Shown here one piece after another: positions 56,980-64,000 of a DNA stretch of 64,000 nt. The notes under the pieces are model-generated. The model saw nothing but the letters and a program-made list of their open reading frames with translations. It did no database searches and was not told the DNA's origin. Every line of letters begins with the position of its first letter. Position 1 is the stretch's first letter. The DNA comes from Botryllus schlosseri (Eukaryota): contig CM119371.1 in NCBI GenBank assembly GCA_051294905.1, positions 12,276,001-12,340,000 of the forward strand. Direction: 5' to 3'. The position numbers and the translations under genes were made by a program.

Positions 56980-58386
56980 GAAAATTTCTTGCTAAATTCA
57001 CGGAGACCGTTAGACGTCTCTCGTGGAACAATGTACAGGGTAAAGTCCTAGAATCGTACGAAGATTTGTCGGAACCAGACACTGAGTTTTACCCGCAATT
57101 GAAAACTGGATTTAAATTATACAAAGGAGAATATTTGCCACAAGAAGGATTCAGTGCCCACGGCAACCCCAAAACTGGACGTTTTATAGACTACAAAGGT
57201 TTTCTAAAGCGCATCCAAGAAAAACACGCTAGACCTTGCGCCATCATCGGACAACCGGGTAGTGGCAAGACCATCATGATGAAAAGATTAGCAAAGAAAC
57301 TTATCATTGCAAATAATCTCCACGATCAAGAACATTCACTATGGAAGAAATTTGTTAAACTATTTCGCAATGACGCCAAACAATATAACATCATCATGCA
57401 CATGAACATCAGAGATATTCCTGATCAGGAGAACGTTACTTTAGCAAATGTTATATTTAGCCCCAAAGTCACTAAGTTGTCAGTGATTGAGCTAGGATGT
57501 GGTCTTAAGGCAATACTGGATGGGGTGATAAAAATTATCATGTTTTTCGATGGATTGGATCAAGCTACATGGGATCCGATATGCGATAGAATAATTGGGC
57601 CATGGGAGGTGTCAAACACACGTACGATATTTGGTAACATACTGGCAGGATATCTTTTACCTGATGTTCCTATTATCATATCATCGAGGGAGCATTCGGT
57701 AGCTCGTCTGTCCAATAATATGCGACCAAATTTTATGGCAGCTTTGGTGGGATTTAGTGAAGGGGAAGCGGAGAAAATGTATTGTGAGTTGATGGGGCAT
57801 AATTCAGAAAATGATTGGCATGAAATGAGGTTATCTAACCCCGCAATGCACTATATGTGTCTCACACCATTGTTTCTGGTATTTTATATGATAACCAGGA
57901 AACGAGCTCCATCGCATCCTCCCAATTGTGCATCCGGAGTGATGGTCACTATAATTCAGATTTTCTTGGAATGTGAGAATACGAGAAACATCGACAACGT
58001 CATTGACGTAAACGACGTCATCGACAAATTAAAGGTAATGGCATGCAGTGGTACCATGAAGCAACAGGTAACATTCACCGACAAAGACCTTTCCAAATAT
58101 CGCCTTGCGTACAAGGATATAAGTGATGTTGTCATCAAAGTGCCTGGACTGACGATTCTAGGACAGAAAATTATAGCTGGGATGTATAGATACTTTTTCA
58201 GTCATCAAACTCTTCAAGAAGTTTTAGCGGCACTTTCCGTGGTGGGAATGAGACTGGATGATTTCAAGCATATCGTTGATCGTGAATTCCACAAACCCTA
58301 CTGGGCCGTTGTGCGCAATTTCACGAGTGGTATTCTAAAAAACGAAAGTGTTAGATCCGATATCAGTTCTGCAATTCTCAAGCCAG
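56980..58386 (+). CDS. NLR exon C: NACHT NTPase, HD1 and winged helix
   Basis: Walker A is GQPGSGKT and Walker B is MFFDGLDQ. It also has IIISSRE, VGFS, TPLF and FSHQTLQEVLAA. The acceptor ends at 56979 and the donor is AG|GTTGGT; the exon is phase 1-1 with no stops. Confidence 0.93.
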
Positions 58387-59129
58387 GTTGGTATTTCATT
58401 GTACTTCGAATGTCAATATGTTAGTATACGCCCCTTGTTCCCATCCTGGGGAAAAATTCCCGGAATTTAGCAATTTTAGTGTGAAGAATCTGCCTATATT
58501 TAATAGGAGAAAGTATACATGGACTGATCAAAGTTTTCATATTTCGTAACAGAACCGTAAGGTATGAAACCTGATCCGACGTGGAAATCTATCCGAGGGT
58601 TCCACTTGCTCAAATGGGCTCTAAACCTACTGTTACAATGATCAAGTCATGCGGTCAGTTATTCAAAAAATAATAGTCCCGCGCTGGTTACGTGGTGAAA
58701 AGCTATGTGCAAATTGCGTACTCACAAGATATCCAAAAAACGCATGCGATTCACTTTTTTTGCAATACTGCAGAGAGTTGCAGAAATGTGGTAACTTCAC
58801 CGTGAGCATCCGACTACACTAATAGCTCCCATAGTGGGGTCCACGAGACACATTTTTAGGAACGCGTAACACCTTCCAAAATTATCACGACCAAGAAAAT
58901 TTTGAATTTCGGATTTCTGGAATATATTGATCTTCAGACAACTTAATATACCAACCAAAACGCGAAAGTCGCCCGAAATTATTCGGTAATCAACATAAAA
59001 TATAGTTTGTGGTGAAAAATATTCAATTTGAAATTTCAGTCACTGCATTTCTATGTTTTATTGTGCGCATGCACACCGTGGAACAAAATAAGCATGATTT
59101 CAACGAAATAAGTCGATTTGTGCTCATAA

Positions 59130-59340
59130 TACAGCGCTCGAGGTTATTGGGATGCTTCCGTGTAGGGCTGTTCAATCGACGGGTGCATCATAGGCATTCC
59201 GGCGCTGACCATTTCTCAGCCAGGACCTCTGGCTAGCGGCCAGTTTGGCGAGTTTATCCACCCTTTCATTGCCACGTATTCCTGTGTGAGCGAGAATCCA
59301 CTTGTGTTCCAAGTCTCTCAATTCAACCAATATGTTTTAT
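59130..59340 (-). mobile_element. 5'-truncated non-LTR retrotransposon 3' end with RNase H scrap
   Basis: The minus frame reads LRDLEHKWILAHTGIRGNERVDKLAKLAAS, the C-terminal RNase H motif of I-group LINEs. Confidence 0.8.
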
Positions 59341-61053
59341 ACTCGTCGTTAATCTTGGTAAAATGACCAATTGGTACAGGGGAATATGTATTTCCGTTGT
59401 GCAGAAGTACGATTTTTAGGCTTGACAACCTGCTTTTTTGACAAACAAATATTTTGCATCATGTCATGTAAATATCGATAGAAGGACTGAGAATGACATG
59501 AGGGTTCTTCATAGTCAATTAGTTATTATTAGTTAAAATTAGAAAAAACTACGAGTTTCTTCCTACTAAGTGAAATATTTAATCATAAATACAGCAATTT
59601 CGGGCTTTATAGGGGTATAAATATCTGCTGACAAAGAGCCAATCTGACAAAACTATTGTGATATTCGTAATCAGCAACCACAAAAAAAACCAGAAACGGC
59701 TCTCAGATGTTCTGCCCTAAAAAAAAATTTCTTCATTTTGTTGACCAGCGTAATCGATTGCTTTGCAAACAAAAATCACTCAACTGTTTGATTTTACCAG
59801 GACTTAGATGTGATCTGAACGATGCGTTGTATCTTATGAACAATAGAAATGTTGGATTTGTTAAATTCATTTCTTATTGTTGCACCACAATAACTACCTG
59901 TCCTTATGCGTATAAATATTTTATCCGGGCGTACTCAAAAGCTTTTCGATCTTTGCTGTGCCAGTAGGATTTAGACAATCATATATGACTAGCTTGCACA
60001 AGTACGATAAGCCTCTCGCATTGATTCCTCCTTGCTATGATCTGCATAAGCGGTGTATTGAAAAGGTATAGCATTGGGACGTGTTCCTGGTCGCCAGATA
60101 CGGAATCGTAACGAGGAATTTCAACCGAGTGAAAATGAACAATGTAGTCGAAAAACACCTTGAATACCACAACAAACTTCCACAAGCCTGTCGCACCCTT
60201 CTTGGATTGTAACGTTTTTGAATCGCGCATTTCCATATTATGGCAATTGGTCATAATGACGTCTGGTTACTCGTACAAAGTGAAGTCCCATTGAACGTTG
60301 CTGCTATACGGCGATAATGTGAGTCGCACAAATGCTCCGATTTGAGATGTGCAATTTTTGTGAACTATACACATTCAGCGGACCATTACAATTAGATTCG
60401 GTCGACCAGCGACGATAATATTTGGTCAACGTTTCATCGCCGCCGATTATTTTGACACAGCACCGCTCGTTGATGTACACCCCTACACCAAAGCTTCTCA
60501 ACCATTTTTCACGGTGTGAAACCAAGTGAAACCAATGGTGGACAAATATTATCATGGATTCACACCGACTTATCTAATAAAAAGGTCGGCACATTTTCAC
60601 GATCAAGCGATATTGTAGTAGCGACTTTTCAGCGTGTCTCGCTGGTCGGCTATAGTATACAACACGGTAACCTCGGATATGTACGAACTATCTACAGACA
60701 ATCTCGCAAAGATCTTTTTTGAGGGGATGTAAAAATACTAAATACATATTTACAGATTGGTCTGGTACCTTGGAGACCCAAAATTACGTCTTCGCGACCG
60801 ATACTTTATAAAACTCTGTTATATCCAGTCGCCAAGACAGGTGTCATAGTCACTGCTCTATTGCGATTACATATCTCACATTTGAATGCAGAATAATTAA
60901 ATATGCTTTTCACTGATCACGTACATACTAGACGTGGATCGTAGTATTCTTACAATACTCCCGTGGGAAGGAAACATTCGATTGCGAAATATAGAAGTCT
61001 TTTTTACCACACCAACTTTGACGCTAATCTTTATATTATGTATATTGATACAG

Positions 61054-61361
61054 ATGATTTAGATCATAAAGCGGAATACCTCATGCAAAATTTGAAATAT
61101 CAACTGACGCAAGATATAACACCAGCGCAAAAATTGGACATTTTCACATCGTTGAAAGAAGCTGCGGCGCTCAAAATACTGGAAAGTTACACACAAGATC
61201 TTGACTTCTCGAATTATCCTCTGACACCCGCAGTACTGAATACGCTGTGCTCGGTGATTGGAAATCTCGGGAAAGTGAAATCCTTATCGTTTCATAATTG
61301 CGGCATCGATGACGATTTGTTGAGAGTTCTAGCTTCTGAGACGAAGAGACAGTTTATCAAG
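61054..61361 (+). CDS. NLR exon D: end of HD2 and first RI-like leucine-rich repeats
   Basis: The acceptor ATTGATACAG is phase 1, matching exon C. It reads KLDIFTSLKEA...LDFSNYPLTP...VKSLSFHNCGIDDDLLRVLA. The donor is AAG|GTAAGA. Confidence 0.9.
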
Positions 61362-62704
61362 GTAAGATTGACTTCATTGTCGGCTCAGTAGCATTAGTAT
61401 CAGTCCGACGTTCTACCAGATGTTCTGAGTAGATAGAAACTCACTATACTATGGTAGTTTATTTGAAGGATTCTTTTTGAAGGCATTGGTTCAACTACCA
61501 GTATTGCACAGCTTATTGGCTGCCATAAATTGTAGATCTTCGTTGAATATGTGGCGGAGAATAGTTGCAATTCATTTTTTTGATTTGATGATTCGTTCAT
61601 TGAACAGATAAAATTCTTTACCGCTATGTTATAGTTATAAAGAGGGTAACCTTTCGGATGGTGTGAACATAAGATTCGCGTTCTTTGCGTTGTGTATGTG
61701 AACCTTTGGAATGGATGGAAGGATGGCCTTCGCAAACGAATATTGATAGGCTCTCAAATTTCTTCGTGTAATCAAATTTTCCAGTCATTATAACGTATTC
61801 GGTTGAGATTCTTTGCATTTCAACTTAGGAGCACTCTCCGCATGGCGCTGGCTGCGTGAAAAGAAATTCAACACTAAACATTAAAAAAGCATGCATAGCA
61901 ATTTCAAAAATAATTTGCTCGAAAGTATGATCGGAATATTCAGCTTTCCGTCTGTGAATCTTCAATGAGTATCTGCTGTGATCTTTGCGAGCAATTAATA
62001 TCAAGAACAAAGTAACCTATATACACGCAGGAATTATAAGGGAATAGTGCTTTGTGAACCATTCAAATAATTATTTCCATCAACGAAATTGTCATAAAGA
62101 ATGCATTGATGTCTCATTTAAGAAATCGGCCAGGCATACGGGATCTATCTTGATTTGATATATTTTTACTATCTTAAAAACCAAGTCCCTCCAATCGTGG
62201 CGCTGGCTAATCAATAATTTGTTTTTAAGTTCACAACTCGCGTAAGCAAAGAAACCGATGTTTGATTCAATAAATCTGTCCGGTATAGTTGACTCCTCGT
62301 CAATAATGTTGGCAAAGTATTTTTTTTTTTGGAATTATTGTAGCATTTTATTAGTTCAGTTGGTACATTTGGTGACACCATACATGATAAATTAAATGTC
62401 GCTAAAGTAACATAAAATTACGATTGAATAGCCAAGTCGAACCTAACGAAGTAATTAAACTCAAAATAAATCAGCCAAGATGTGTTTAGCAACATATCTC
62501 TGGCTTGAAGGCTTGGAGTTCTGCAAAACATCATGCTGGCCACGTCACTCGTCATGGTTGATCATTCTACTACCGTTTCTCAGCAGTTGACTGTTTACAC
62601 TACGATACATCAGAAAATACTTAATTTTGGAGGGTGATGCACATTATTGGAATCAGCAGAATAAACTCTCTAGCATAAGTCAAAGTTGTTTCCTTCGACA
62701 TAGT

Positions 62705-64000
62705 GTCAAGTGTTTCATTAAAAAGGCAACTTTTTTCGATCATTTTGATTTCAACTATTTCACAAAAACCCGTTTTGGCCAAACAAGTTATTGGATTTTG
62801 TACAATAACGTCTACTAGTGTTTGGATGGTCTTAAGACCTGTTTTGCACTTCTATCCAAAAATACGGCGTATTTTTTGCGAGTGAAAAATGCTTGCTGGT
62901 GAAATCGTTTTTGGGAGCTGACACAAAGGTCCCGGAGGCTCCAGTTTGTCGAATAGGTGGAAAAACACATGTTTGTGTGCGAGAGGGTGAGTAGGCAGGC
63001 ACATTAGAGCTCGCTACCTTATGATAGGTTGCTCAAACTTGTGTGCTGTTTTTTTCTTCTTCTCATTTTCTGTCTTGCGCGTAAATGAGAAGAGCAAATA
63101 ATCTCACCTCACGCGCGTTCAGCCCTTTAGCTCAATCTAACTAGAGAGTACATAACAATTTAATACCTGTAAAGCAGATTTTTAGGCTACCAACAAAATC
63201 TGAGCTTTTGTGGCATCTCGCCACCCGAGCCTCATCCATGTAAAGGAATTCATTTTCAATATTACTGTAGTATGCCAGGATTTTACTGACATGTATGACA
63301 TACAGAACGCGCATATCACAATTCTATTCCCAACACAGCTCTACAAAACATGTCTGACGTACGATTTCAAATTATGGTGAAATAAATTTCTCTACGTGTC
63401 GCAGTTGTACTACTGTAACTACTGTCTAGTCAGATTGCAAGAAAGGGGCCATTCTGTGACGACAACGGAGCATATCCATATCGAAGGGTTTGGCCATTCA
63501 CCACCATTTATTTTTTGGTCAAGGTTTCGTCGTTGCTTATGTTTTGGGACCGCATTTTATCAGCGGTTGATTAACCTCTTCATGTACCCCAGCGCTGAAG
63601 TGGTTGGTCTAGAAATGAATGAGTCCCATAGGCCTGAACTCGCCATGTTTTCAGCGTGTGTCGCTTATTGGCTGCATTACCCAACGCAGTGACCTTGGAT
63701 ATGTAAAAACTATCGCAGGATTTTTGGCTATCAACTCGAAAAATATTACACACATATTAACAGATAACTCTGGCACATTGCCGACCCAAAATTATACCCT
63801 TTGCGATTCATACTTGATAAAACTGGAAGGGGTAAAATTTGCGTTACATTAACTTGTAAATATGAATCTGTAATGATCGTATTTACTACTATCCTCATGA
63901 CTTGTTCCATTCGAAAGAGTTATTGCGCAAATATGATTGTTAAGCGAAAGAAAGCAGCAAGCCAAGTTGACGTCACTTTTCCAGCCTGTCCAACGCTCAG
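62705..64000 (-). repeat. Unclassified ~1.4-kb interspersed repeat, copy 2 (runs off the window)
   Basis: It is a reverse-complement homologue of 38603..40040. Confidence 0.85.

Overview
This is AT-rich eukaryotic (animal) genomic DNA. The NLR and transposon content suggests a marine invertebrate such as an ascidian, which is an inference. (1) Positions 1-~17,758 hold a decayed endogenous Maverick/Polinton (adintovirus-like) element that runs off the left edge. On the minus strand it carries pPolB, a packaging ATPase, a chromodomain integrase, three tandem penton-like paralogues, the major capsid protein and an adenain protease. Near its right end sits an unusual accessory cassette: an acidic disordered ORF, a divergent Bcl-2-like ORF and a tandem OB-fold SSB. 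The polymerase appears to have a spliced leader with three ~70-nt introns. Three DNA transposons have inserted into the element. (2) Positions ~20.7-61.4 kb hold a plus-strand host NLR (NACHT-LRR) gene. Four phase-compatible exons are visible, and the first encodes a Gly/Asn-rich amyloid/RHIM-like motif. (3) The NLR introns are packed with DNA transposons, most with verifiable TIRs and TSDs: Hermes-like and Buster-type hATs, an hATm-like element, PIF/Harbinger, a 13-kb CACTA/EnSpm element with a SAMD3-like partner gene, tRNA-derived SINEs and a LINE RNase H scrap. Nesting reaches four levels. All family assignments come from motif recognition by eye; no database searches were run.
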